From Candidatus Zixiibacteriota bacterium (GTDB lineage: Bacteria; Zixibacteria; MSB-5A5; JAABVY01), in NCBI GenBank assembly GCA_011056555.1, contig DSEQ01000032.1, positions 1,257 to 65,256 of the forward strand: a stretch of 64,000 bases of DNA, read 5' to 3'. The position numbers were made by a program, and so were the translations under genes. Below, piece by piece: positions 1-8,412 of this stretch; positions within the stretch are counted from its first letter, which is position 1; every line of letters starts with the position of its first letter. Below the pieces are notes generated by a model. That model ran no database searches. It was given only the letters and a program-made list of their open reading frames with translations, and was not told the origin of the DNA.

Positions 1-466
1 TGTCAATCTCCGGAATTCTGATCATGACATTAGCTACCTGAAATGGCTCATCGCCAATTAATTCCACGTAATCATGATTCTCCCGGTTGTTGCGCATGAT
101 CTTCAATATAAGTTCCGGATGATCTGAAAAGAATGTGGCCAGGTTGACAATCTCCGGCGTTTCGCCCTCGGAGCCGTCGGCCGCAAGGTAAGCGACCTCC
201 TCATCATAGGCCGATTTTATAAGCTTCAAGGGTATAGACATCCGTTCAAGGGCTCTAATATGAAGCGTCCTGACCTGCTGATAGGCGCGAAGGGGCATTT
301 CGGATTCCTCTTCTTCGTAAAGCAAATCAAGGTATTGCTTGAATTCCTCAGCAATTTCACCGCAGAACTCACATTCTTTCAGGTGTTCCGCGATCTCGAA
401 ACCTTTTTTATCATCATCCAGCCTCCCGGCCAGATACATCTCTATCTCAGAGCGGGAAGGGTGCAC
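1..466 (-). CDS. zf-HC2 (anti-sigma-type zinc finger) protein; C-terminus lies beyond the window edge
   Basis: Absent from the ORF track because it runs off the window. The reverse-strand frame from GTG 466 (or ATG 439) reads VHPSRSEIEMYLAGRLDDDKKGFEIAEHLKECEFCGEIAEEF..., which contains the H-x3-C-x2-C motif at the usual N-terminal position. There is an in-frame TAA at 470-472. It starts 27 nt downstream of the 494..1567 ORF. Confidence 0.5.
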   Translation of the reverse strand, partial: MHPSRSEIEMYLAGRLDDDKKGFEIAEHLKECEFCGEIAEEFKQYLDLLYEEEESEMPLRAYQQVRTLHIRALERMSIPLKLIKSAYDEEVAYLAADGSEGETPEIVNLATFFSDHPELILKIMRNNRENHDYVELIGDEPFQVANVMIRIPEID

Positions 467-493
467 AAATTACCGCCTTTCTCCACACATATA

Positions 494-1567
494 TCAATAG
501 TCCCTAATTCCGTTGATTGTAGAATCATTTCTCAATAAATCTATAAAATAATCTCTGGCAGAATTTATCATTGTTTCAAACGGATATTTATGGTTTTTCA
601 GGTAAAAATTCTGGTCCTTATCAGGAAAAAGCACAAAATAATAGCGGGGATATTTGTCATGAGAGCCATCACAGCCAAAATCCCAAAGATATAATTCAAT
701 CGCCTTCAGGAATAATTCGGATTCCTCTTTGGTTATTCTCTCTTTTTCCACAAATCCCCTGCTAACATTTTCACTAACCCAATCAAGGGTCTTTGGAATC
801 GCCCTCTCCACAGCCTGCCTGATCAATGCTAACTCGATCGAGGATAGATTGTCGCGCTCGCCAAAATTAATTTCCATATGCTTGCTGCTTATTTCAATTG
901 CTGCCTGAAGAAGTTCATGGCGGAAAATGCCGTTTTGATATTCTCCGCATTTATCTATCGCTTCAAATATCTTTAGGCACCATTTGACATAGCTGATATT
1001 TTCATGGTATGTGTTTTCGACAATCTGCAAAAGTTTCTCGTAGGGTATAACCGGCTTGTCCTGCCGGAGATTCCCGGTAGCTTCAAGCGTGAAGAATTCT
1101 CTACCGCCAATAATACTCTCGTGATAACCTGGGCCTTTCAATATATCCTTGAAACGCCTTTTGATTTTTCTGGTCTGGGGATTTTCGTAACCACGGATTT
1201 TATACAACTCCCGGTTGGCAAAACCCCTTATCAGGATGGTAAACCGATGATAGATCAAGAATCCATCCTGGTTTTTTTCCGGACTTATGCCATGCTTCGT
1301 AAAGTAATCAAAGACTATATTGTAGGGCGCCCTGGCGCTACTGAGTAATATGCCGAGTATGTCGTTTGTAATGTCATCCAGGTTTGTTTCGGGATTGGAT
1401 CCTATCTTGGGAAGCACAGCCCCACGACGTTTGAGAGAGCAAAGGTGCTTTTTTGTGTAGTGAAAGCAGAGCTTATAGAATTGCATGAAATGCTTGTGGG
1501 GCGATTTCAAAAATTCTACAATTATTCCCGCATCATGGTTAATCCTGTCTTGGTATCTGATCCCCAT
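494..1567 (-). CDS. hypothetical protein, 357 aa, no recognisable family
   Basis: Long uninterrupted ORF with its own promoter-like element upstream. It is basic and helix-rich. I could see no Walker, HExxH, sigma r2/r4 or nuclease motifs. Confidence 0.6.
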   Translation of the reverse strand: MGIRYQDRINHDAGIIVEFLKSPHKHFMQFYKLCFHYTKKHLCSLKRRGAVLPKIGSNPETNLDDITNDILGILLSSARAPYNIVFDYFTKHGISPEKNQDGFLIYHRFTILIRGFANRELYKIRGYENPQTRKIKRRFKDILKGPGYHESIIGGREFFTLEATGNLRQDKPVIPYEKLLQIVENTYHENISYVKWCLKIFEAIDKCGEYQNGIFRHELLQAAIEISSKHMEINFGERDNLSSIELALIRQAVERAIPKTLDWVSENVSRGFVEKERITKEESELFLKAIELYLWDFGCDGSHDKYPRYYFVLFPDKDQNFYLKNHKYPFETMINSARDYFIDLLRNDSTINGIRDY

Positions 1568-1645
1568 CAGGTATGATCCCCAATTATTTGACCTGGACTG
1601 CAGCCCGCCAATTTAATGTTTTATTGGCCCTATATGGTCAACAGA

Positions 1646-1673
1646 AATATACAAAAATCTGGGCACGTGTCAA
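1646..1673 (-). promoter_or_regulatory. sigma70-like promoter candidate for the 494..1567 operon
   Basis: The reverse strand reads TTGACA-N16-TATATT (-35 at 1668-1673, -10 at 1646-1651), about 80 nt upstream of the ATG at 1567. Confidence 0.4.
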
Positions 1674-2038
1674 TAATGGACATTTACTGACGTTTCGCTT
1701 TGTGAAAAGCCTCTGCTGACGGCGGAAACACCGGTGCAGACCTTTATAGACGGAAAAGGCCTGGTCAGGAAGGCAAAGCGGATGAATCACAAAAACATTA
1801 GCTTAAAGAATACCAGCTAAGAAATACTTGCCTTAAATCCGGCCTGGTGCAGATAAGCATGCCATTGCTCCAACAAAAGTCCGGAATCTCCACGATTAAT
1901 TGTGACCAGATTGCAAGCACCGGCGTCGTAAGTGGTAGCATGATACTTGACGATATAGCCAACGGGTGGAGGGGTATATGCAAATGACCCAGCACTCTTG
2001 CCGTTGTAATCTATTAATTTGTAATGAATTATAATAAT

Positions 2039-2400
2039 TGGAGGTGGGGGGAATCGAACCCCCGTCCGAAAGCGACGCAACCAAGCCATCTACGTGCGTA
2101 GCCATTATGTTATTTTCTCGATCAACCCAGGACATAACGGCGAACCGCAGATTGACCCAGCCTGATTAGTCTTTTCTCCGTCGGGTCAGGCGGTCCCTAA
2201 GGAGAGCACCTTCCTAATCGACGCTGACATCCGGTCCCGAAAGGTAAAAACCGGAGCAACGGGCACCTAATCTAAGTTAGGCAGCCATGGCAAAGTTGTT
2301 TTCGCCATTTATTTTAGTTTTCCGACTTTTTTACGAGATCGTCGGAGACCTCGGCACGCAGGCCTAATCCCGCTCACTCCGTCGAAACCGGGTCACCCCC
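2039..2400 (-). ncRNA. ssrA: tmRNA (SsrA)
   Basis: The reverse strand starts GGGGGTGACCCGGTTTCGACGG and ends GGGGGTTCGATTCCCCCCACCTCCA. This gives a tRNA-Ala-like acceptor stem with a G3:U70 wobble plus a T-arm. The internal tag frame GGC GAA AAC AAC TTT GCC ATG GCT GCC TAA encodes GENNFAMAA*. CCA is not encoded. Confidence 0.9.
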
Positions 2401-2580
2401 ATGCTTCATATCGCGAGTTAAGGCAAGCTACTTGATTTCCAAGAACTTGAACGATTTTACTGCCCAAATGTTCCCCGAAATCAGACTATAATATAGCATC
2501 TAATTGAGCGGAATGCAAATATCCGTTACATTTTCATTTTCGGGCGTTTTGCCGGGATCTGTAAGGCAAATCTCATTAAT

Positions 2581-2616
2581 AAAAAAAGAGATTTCTGCAA
2601 TTGCAGAAATCTCCCT
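2581..2616 (-). terminator. rho-independent terminator downstream of the tRNA-Lys pair
   Basis: Perfect palindrome GAGATTTCTGCAATTGCAGAAATCTC at 2588-2613, followed on the minus strand by a T7 run (A-run at 2581-2587). Confidence 0.65.
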
Positions 2617-2828
2617 GGTGGCATTCCATTAAAATAGGGACGAAAAAGAGGATTTATACAAAATACTGCATTTGGTAATCCAGCTAATCTCTATTCCACA
2701 TCTGTTTTTATCTACGATGTTTCATGAAATAAGTTACACAAAAATCAATAAAAACGGGCATCAAAAGAGAATAATACTATTCAGCTAAATTGGGAGGAAA
2801 CTAATTGAGAGAAAAAGCAGTCAAAAAA

Positions 2829-2902
<74 letters not shown>

Positions 2903-2917
2903 ATCTGTGTTATGTAT

Positions 2918-2974
2918 GTAGGTCAAAACTCTTTGAGTTTTGATATCGTCAAATCCCTTCAGGATTTGACCTAC
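2918..2974. repeat. structured palindromic element between the two tRNA-Lys genes (GTAGGTCAAA...TTTGACCTAC family, copy 1)
   Basis: The outer 10-nt arms GTAGGTCAAA/TTTGACCTAC enclose two inner hairpins: CAAAACTC-TTT-GAGTTTTG and CAAATCC-CTTCA-GGATTTG. The same 10-mer arms recur at 23845..23875. Confidence 0.6.
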
Positions 2975-2991
2975 GGCCGATCGATTCAAAA

Positions 2992-3066
2992 TGGTGAGGG
3001 TGGAAGGGATCGAACCTTCGACCCTCTGCTTAAAAGGCAGATGCTCTACCACTGAGCTACACCCCC
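2992..3066 (-). tRNA. tRNA-Lys (anticodon UUU), CCA encoded
   Basis: The reverse complement reads GGGGGTG-TA-GCTCAGTGGTAGAGC-A-TCTGC-CTTTTAA-GCAGA-GGGTC-GAAGGTTCGATCCCTTC-CACCCTC-ACCA. The anticodon loop is C-T-TTT-A-A. Confidence 0.9.
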
Positions 3067-3240
3067 ATCCAAATCAGACCCCAAATATATATAAATACTC
3101 GGCCTTGTCAATTATATTGACGATAAATTTCAGCCCTGTCAAGAGCTTTCTAACAACTTTGACTTAAATAGGTTGCATCAAAATGAACCTTTGCTTATTT
3201 TCTACCAATAATTGTAAAAACCAAGCCACAGGAGGCAAAA

Positions 3241-5247
3241 TTGAAAATCAGGTACCTGTTAGCCGCTGTTTCAATCATGCTATTTTGTTTCTCGATGGGG
3301 CCCGCCCAGAACGTCGAAGAGGTTCAAAATCTGCTGACCGATATCGATGCCTGGGTGACATCAGATACAGTCAAGATCAAAGCATTCATCGACAGCACCA
3401 ATGCTGTCGCCAAGGAGACCCTGAAATCCTCGGAATACTGGGATAAGGTCGAGGGCGATCTCTCGTTCCTGCTGGGAATCGACCTGATAACATCCCCCCA
3501 GATCGACAATACCGGCAGGATTTATTTTATGATGCGTCTTACCGGCGATCAGAGCGCTCTGTTCCATGTCGACGAACCTATGGGCTGGCCGATCCAGGTT
3601 ACACCAAACAACTGGCCCAAAGAGGGAATTATTATTTCCGCCTATGCGGTTCATCCTTCCGGTGATTTCATGATCGTCCGAACCAACAAGTTCGGTGATG
3701 AGATGCATGACCTCTGGCGCTTCGAACGCGACGGTTCCTTTAAGCCTCTCCTGGTGAGCCGTGAACGTCGTTACTACGGGCCTATTTATGATGAGGAGAA
3801 TCCGGAACATTTCTTTCTGTTTATTATGCAAGGGCCTAATATTCATGTGGCCGAGTACAATATGACCACCGGCGCGCTCGATACGCTCTATCATGAGCCG
3901 GGAGCGTTTTATGCTATCGATTATTATGACGGCAAAATCTTATTATATCGCTCGATCTCATTTTCCGAAACACAGCTGGCAATGTATGACATTGCCACTC
4001 AAGAAGTGACGGACCTGACCGATTTAACCCAGATTAATAATGCAGTATTCACAGGCGCTGGTCAGGTCCTGTTACTGACCTCGGCAGAATCCACTGAAAA
4101 AGAATTTATGAAATTCTGCCTTATCGATCTGGCCAAACCGAAGGAATACAAAGTCATTTATGATCCCATGATGGAGGCTGATGGCATGACCTTCAACCGC
4201 GAGACTGGAGTTGTAATTGCGGTGCTCAATAAAGACGGCTATTCCACGCTTAAGGGTTTCGATCTGGAAGGCAATGATATTGCGGTACCGAAGACAGATA
4301 TTGGTGTGATCAGTGAATATGCAGCCTCCGCTATTACCAGCAATGATTATGACGACTATGTTTTCAGCTTCACATCACCAACCACTCCACCCACGGCATT
4401 CTACTTCAAGCTGGGCGAAAACAGACCGCAGCAGATCGGCAAGGTCTCGACATTTGGATTCGATTTTTCCGACATTGAGGTTGATGTCATCCGTTATGAA
4501 TCTGAGGATGGCACCATGATACCCTCGCTGATTTATAAACCGGCCGATATCATTCGTGACGGCGGCAATCCGGCCATAATCCAGTATCATGGCGGCCCGC
4601 CCTCGCAGAGCCGTCCATACTTCCAGCGCAATATCGCCTTCGCACTCAGCCAGGGATTCATCGTGATGTTTCCCAATGTGCGCGGTTCCACCGGTTATGG
4701 TCCCGCCTGGGAGGAAGCTGACAACCGCGAAGGCAGATTCGCCGCCCTCAAGGATGCCGAGGGCGCTATTGATTATCTGATCAATGAAGGTTTTTCAAGC
4801 CCGGACAAGATTGCCATCTGGGGTGGATCATACGGTGGCTATACAGTGAACTGGCTTGCGGGTAATGCCTCCGATAAGATCGCCTGCGTGGTCTCGCAGA
4901 TTGCGGTCTCGGACTTTGAGCATAACCTGGAATACACCGGCGTGCAGACATTTATCGAGGGCTATGAAAAGGAATATGGTAAACGCGGAAGTGATCTCCT
5001 GGTCAAGCTCTCGCCCATATATTATGCCGGGGATGTTAATGTCCCGGTCTTTTTCAAGACCGGATTCTACGACCCGCGTGTACCCCCCTCGGATTCCAGG
5101 AGATTTGCTTCGGTGCTCAAGAAGATGGGTAAGGATGTTCTCCTGTACGAGGAGATGGAGGCCGGGCACGGCGGCTCCAGCAAGGAGCAGGTCATCTGGG
5201 ATTTGACAAGCTCCTACGTATTTACGATGATGCATGTGATGGATTAA
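3241..5247 (+). CDS. secreted S9-family serine peptidase (prolyl oligopeptidase / acylaminoacyl-peptidase type)
   Basis: N-terminal signal peptide, a long beta-propeller-like N-terminal half and a C-terminal alpha/beta-hydrolase domain with the nucleophile elbow WGGSYGGY. The start codon is TTG. Confidence 0.85.
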   Translation: MKIRYLLAAVSIMLFCFSMGPAQNVEEVQNLLTDIDAWVTSDTVKIKAFIDSTNAVAKETLKSSEYWDKVEGDLSFLLGIDLITSPQIDNTGRIYFMMRLTGDQSALFHVDEPMGWPIQVTPNNWPKEGIIISAYAVHPSGDFMIVRTNKFGDEMHDLWRFERDGSFKPLLVSRERRYYGPIYDEENPEHFFLFIMQGPNIHVAEYNMTTGALDTLYHEPGAFYAIDYYDGKILLYRSISFSETQLAMYDIATQEVTDLTDLTQINNAVFTGAGQVLLLTSAESTEKEFMKFCLIDLAKPKEYKVIYDPMMEADGMTFNRETGVVIAVLNKDGYSTLKGFDLEGNDIAVPKTDIGVISEYAASAITSNDYDDYVFSFTSPTTPPTAFYFKLGENRPQQIGKVSTFGFDFSDIEVDVIRYESEDGTMIPSLIYKPADIIRDGGNPAIIQYHGGPPSQSRPYFQRNIAFALSQGFIVMFPNVRGSTGYGPAWEEADNREGRFAALKDAEGAIDYLINEGFSSPDKIAIWGGSYGGYTVNWLAGNASDKIACVVSQIAVSDFEHNLEYTGVQTFIEGYEKEYGKRGSDLLVKLSPIYYAGDVNVPVFFKTGFYDPRVPPSDSRRFASVLKKMGKDVLLYEEMEAGHGGSSKEQVIWDLTSSYVFTMMHVMD

Positions 5248-5273
5248 AAATTAGCTTGTTCTGTGGTACTTAT

Positions 5274-5305
5274 AGCGCTGTCCCGACAGGGATGGCGCTT
5301 TTTTT
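5274..5305 (+). terminator. rho-independent terminator
   Basis: An 11-bp stem AGCGCTGTCCC / GGGATGGCGCT (with two G:U pairs) and a GACA loop, followed by T7. Confidence 0.7.
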
Positions 5306-5334
5306 ATGACAACAATTCCAGGGCCACATATTGC

Positions 5335-5364
5335 TTGACATCCAGATATAGCCGGATGTATATT
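5335..5364 (+). promoter_or_regulatory. sigma70-like promoter candidate for FISUMP paralog 1
   Basis: TTGACA (5335-5340) - N18 - TATATT (5359-5364). Confidence 0.4.
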
Positions 5365-5492
5365 TTTTGAAAGGCCTTCTATTTATGGGGGGAAACAACT
5401 TTCAGTTATCAGGAATCCTGATAACATCTCTTCGAATTAGTTTAACAGAGTGACTCTCAAACAACTTATATGCATATTTGGGGGATATCTTT

Positions 5493-6437
5493 ATGCCTGA
5501 TAGAATCTATTTCATTCTTTCTGCGGTCTTGATCACATTAATTAGCCTGATGGTGGCTGATCTACATGCTGATCATATCTGCGGCGATACCAATAGCGAC
5601 AGCGCGCTTAATATCAGCGATGCGGTCTGGGTGATGAATTATGTTTTTACCTCCGGCGCTCCGCCCGATCCGACAGGCGTAGGCGATTGTAACTGCGATG
5701 CCGCCTGCAACATAAGCGACGCTATCGTGATCATAAACTATGTTTTCACAGACGGATACCTGCCCTGCGATCCCGATGAAGATGGCAGTCCGGATTGCGA
5801 CCCGGATTGTCCCCTGATAATGGATGTAGATGGGAATCTATATCAGACAATTCTAATTGGTGAGCAGTGCTGGATGGCTGAGAATTTGAAAGTGACTCAC
5901 TACCGTAATGGCGATCCCTTACCGAATGTGACCGATGCAGGTGCATGGAATGGGCTCACATCGGGGGCTTACTGCGACTACAATAATGACGATGGACAGG
6001 TTGAGGTTTATGGAAGGCTATATAACTGGTATGCCCTGATTGACAGCCGCAATATCGCGCCGGAAGGCTGGCACCTGCCGACTGATGCCGAGTGGAAGCA
6101 ATTGGAAATGTTTCTTGGTATGAGCCAGGCTGATGCCGATGCCACCGGATGGAGAGGCACCGACGAAGGCGGAAAGCTTAAAGAGGCCGGCATGGTGCAT
6201 TGGAATTCTCCCAACACCGGTGCCACAAATGAGAGCGGCTTTACCGCCCTGCCCGGCGGCTATCGGGTCAACACTGGCGCCTTTCTCAATATGGGAACCT
6301 ACGCCTACTTGTGGTCTTCCACCGAAAGCGGCGCCTATACGGTATGGGGTCGTCTCCTCAGTTCCGGTGTCGCAACCATTTACCGCTATGCCGATTCCAA
6401 AGCGGCGGGATTTTCGGTTCGCTGTATCAGGGATTGA
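5493..6437 (+). CDS. secreted dockerin-like + single FISUMP-domain protein (paralog 1)
   Basis: Signal/TM segment followed by two EF-hand-like dockerin repeats (GDTNSDSALNISDAVWVMNYVF and GDCNCDAACNISDAIVIINYVF). Next comes a Cys/Asp-rich linker and then a Fibrobacter succinogenes major paralogous domain (DGNLYQTILIGEQCWMAENLKVTHYRNGD...YGRLYNWYA...GWHLPTDAEWKQLE...GFSVRCIRD). I prefer the ATG at 5493 over the track start at 5478. Confidence 0.8.
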   Translation: MPDRIYFILSAVLITLISLMVADLHADHICGDTNSDSALNISDAVWVMNYVFTSGAPPDPTGVGDCNCDAACNISDAIVIINYVFTDGYLPCDPDEDGSPDCDPDCPLIMDVDGNLYQTILIGEQCWMAENLKVTHYRNGDPLPNVTDAGAWNGLTSGAYCDYNNDDGQVEVYGRLYNWYALIDSRNIAPEGWHLPTDAEWKQLEMFLGMSQADADATGWRGTDEGGKLKEAGMVHWNSPNTGATNESGFTALPGGYRVNTGAFLNMGTYAYLWSSTESGAYTVWGRLLSSGVATIYRYADSKAAGFSVRCIRD

Positions 6438-6695
6438 TGAGAACCGGTATGCCGGGTCTGTTTGTCGGTTCTCGGCGCGCGCATATTCAGACCCTGAGAA
6501 TTGGGATTGAAAAGCCGTTTGACAAAACGGAATATTATAATATATTAATGTGAGACAAAATGTTGAAGCCCTCAGTGGCGGAAACACCATGAAAATCGGA
6601 AATGTGACATTTAAAAAAGAATCATATTCTTATCTTGATATGGACATGCCGCAAATTTCTAACCTGATTTTTTACGGAACTCGAGGGATATCGTT

Positions 6696-8123
6696 ATGAA
6701 AAAAAATTTTTATTTGTTTGCGCTCGCGATAATTATCGCATTTATGGGCATAACCACAACTGAGTCAGGGGCTTATTATATCTGCGGTGATGCCAATAGC
6801 GATGGGGGTGTGAATGTCAGTGACGCAGTCCACATCGTAAATTATGTTTTCGTGGGCGGAGATGCGCCTGATCCGGTAGCAACCGGCGATTGTAACTGCG
6901 ACGGCAGCTGCAACGTTAGTGATGCGGTGGCTGTTATAAACTTCGTTTTTGTCGGGGGGTATGACCCCTGCGATCCTGACAATGACGGCATTCCGGAATG
7001 CGATCCAAACAGCCCGATGATTATAATCGATCCTTCACCTGACCTGCTCGACGCACCCTGGTCACTTGCGGGCCCCGAAGGTTTCAGCGCCGGCGGTAAT
7101 GGCGATGATACCCTTATCAGCCTCGAAGTCGGCGAGTACACGATCACCTGGGGTGAGGTGTTCGGCTGGTTGACTCCGCCGGATTCTACACATACCCTGA
7201 CCTCGGAGGACACGGTAACGTTCAGTGGTATCTATATTGAAGCGGGCCCGGGCACAATCGTAATCGACCCTTCACCTGACTCCCTCAATGCTACCTGGTC
7301 ATTGCTGGGTCCTGAGGGATATCTGGCCGATGGTAACGGGGATGACACACTGCCTGATCTTGATCCGGGTGATTACACGATAACCTGGGGATATATATTT
7401 GAGTGGATAAAACCGTCTGATTCAACACTGACCTTGCCCCCGGAAGATACCATGACTTTCATTGGGACTTACATCGAGGCAATCGATTCCACCGGCACCG
7501 TAACCGATTTTGATGGTAATATTTATCAGACCATCAAAATCGGCGATAAATGGTGGATGATGGAGAATCTGAAGGTGACGCATTACAGAAATGGTGATGA
7601 GATTCCGAACATAACCAGCAATTCCACATGGGAAAATCTTATAAGCGGAGCTTATTGCAATTATGATAATGATGAAGGTAATGTCAACACCTATGGGCGA
7701 TTGTATAACTGGCATGCTGTAAATGACAGCCGTGGTATATCCCCGCAGGGCTGGCATGTGCCGACCGATGAAGAGTGGAAAGAACTGGAGATGTATCTTG
7801 GGATGAGCAGGACCGATGTCGATGCCAGCGGCTGGCGCGGTACCAATGAGGGCGGCATGTTAAAAGATACAGGCACAACGTACTGGACCAGTCCAAACGG
7901 AGGCGCCACCAATGAAAGCGGTTTTACCGCCTTGCCCGGAGCTTATCGCAACTATGATGGGAGTTTCAATAATTTGGGAAGTGTTGCCAGTTTTTGGACA
8001 GCCACGGAATACTCCAGTGAGCGTTCATGGACCCGGCGTCTGCATTACCAATTCTCACAATGCGCTCGCCTGAACTACGGCAAAACCTACGGCTCATCGA
8101 TTCGCTGTGTGAAAGATTATTAG
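6696..8123 (+). CDS. secreted dockerin-like + 2 Ig-like spacer repeats + FISUMP-domain protein (paralog 2)
   Basis: Signal peptide, a dockerin-like repeat pair and two ~90-aa repeats (IDPSPD.L.A.WSL.GPEG....GNGDDTL..L..G.YTITWG). The C-terminal FISUMP domain contains FDGNIYQTIKIGDKWWMMENLKVTHYRNGD...GWHVPTDEEWKELE...SIRCVKDY. Confidence 0.8.
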   Translation: MKKNFYLFALAIIIAFMGITTTESGAYYICGDANSDGGVNVSDAVHIVNYVFVGGDAPDPVATGDCNCDGSCNVSDAVAVINFVFVGGYDPCDPDNDGIPECDPNSPMIIIDPSPDLLDAPWSLAGPEGFSAGGNGDDTLISLEVGEYTITWGEVFGWLTPPDSTHTLTSEDTVTFSGIYIEAGPGTIVIDPSPDSLNATWSLLGPEGYLADGNGDDTLPDLDPGDYTITWGYIFEWIKPSDSTLTLPPEDTMTFIGTYIEAIDSTGTVTDFDGNIYQTIKIGDKWWMMENLKVTHYRNGDEIPNITSNSTWENLISGAYCNYDNDEGNVNTYGRLYNWHAVNDSRGISPQGWHVPTDEEWKELEMYLGMSRTDVDASGWRGTNEGGMLKDTGTTYWTSPNGGATNESGFTALPGAYRNYDGSFNNLGSVASFWTATEYSSERSWTRRLHYQFSQCARLNYGKTYGSSIRCVKDY

Positions 8124-8199
8124 ATATTTTTCTTGAAAATAATGACAGGGTGGCCTGCTTAAACTTGCTTTGGCAGGCCTGCAAAAAACACGCCCAAGG

Positions 8200-8362
8200 T
8201 GAATTCGGGTGTGCCACCCGGCAAATTTTTACTGAGGGTGCCCCATCCCTAGGGCCGATTTCGGCCCAAAAGAGGTGGGATAAAGTTACGCTCGATGAAA
8301 AAATTGCACAGCTGCGCTGTGGGGCACCCTGATGCGGCGCACCCGGAGGTACGCCGCACACG
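8200..8362. repeat. intergenic palindromic repeat cluster (family A copy 1 at 8236-8282, family B copy 1 at 8334-8362)
   Basis: The family A copy is GGGTGCCCCATCCCTAGGGCCGATTTCGGCCCAAAAGAGGTGGGATA. AGGGTGCCCCA (8235-8245) pairs with TGGGGCACCCT (8319-8329). The family B copy is the GCGGCGCACCCGGAGGTACGCCGCA hairpin. Related copies occur at 31811, 33250 and 40410. Confidence 0.7.
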
Positions 8363-8412
8363 AATAATTCCAGCTACAATTTCAGGAATCCTTTCCTGCC
8401 ATCACAATTCTA

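Noticed and set aside
260-538. 92-aa plus-strand ORF at the window start
   Set aside because: It lies antisense to the better-supported minus-strand zf-HC2 gene (1..466). It has no RBS and no recognisable motif.
1568-2038. Possibility that the region left of ssrA is an integrated genomic island
   Set aside because: The visible part contains no integrase, no duplicated ssrA 3' end (no second GGTTCGATTCC-type segment) and no obvious compositional break. The window edge prevents a real test.
1798-2135. Three overlapping minus-strand ORFs (65-90 aa) running into the tmRNA gene. One has a protein-like tail (YKLIDYNGKSAGSFAYTPPPVGYIVKYHATTYDAGACNLVTINRGD).
   Set aside because: Their N-terminal parts are translations of the ssrA 3' domain. 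No ATG, GTG or TTG start with an RBS exists downstream of the tmRNA end. At most this is a decayed gene remnant, which I cannot support.
6018-6590. 190-aa minus-strand ORF, plus the 125-aa and 80-aa plus-strand ORFs that overlap the end of FISUMP paralog 1
   Set aside because: These are shadow ORFs in a GC-rich coding region and its 3' flank. Their composition is low-complexity and Pro/Gly/Arg-rich.
5493-8123. Interpreting the dockerin-like proteins as part of a cellulosome
   Set aside because: There is no cohesin or scaffoldin and no glycoside hydrolase domain in the window. The passenger domains are lectin-like FISUMP modules.
7966-8361. 131-aa (minus) and 101-aa (plus) ORFs across the 8124-8412 intergenic region
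   Set aside because: They are translations of the palindromic repeat cluster. Equivalent pseudo-peptides appear wherever the repeats occur.
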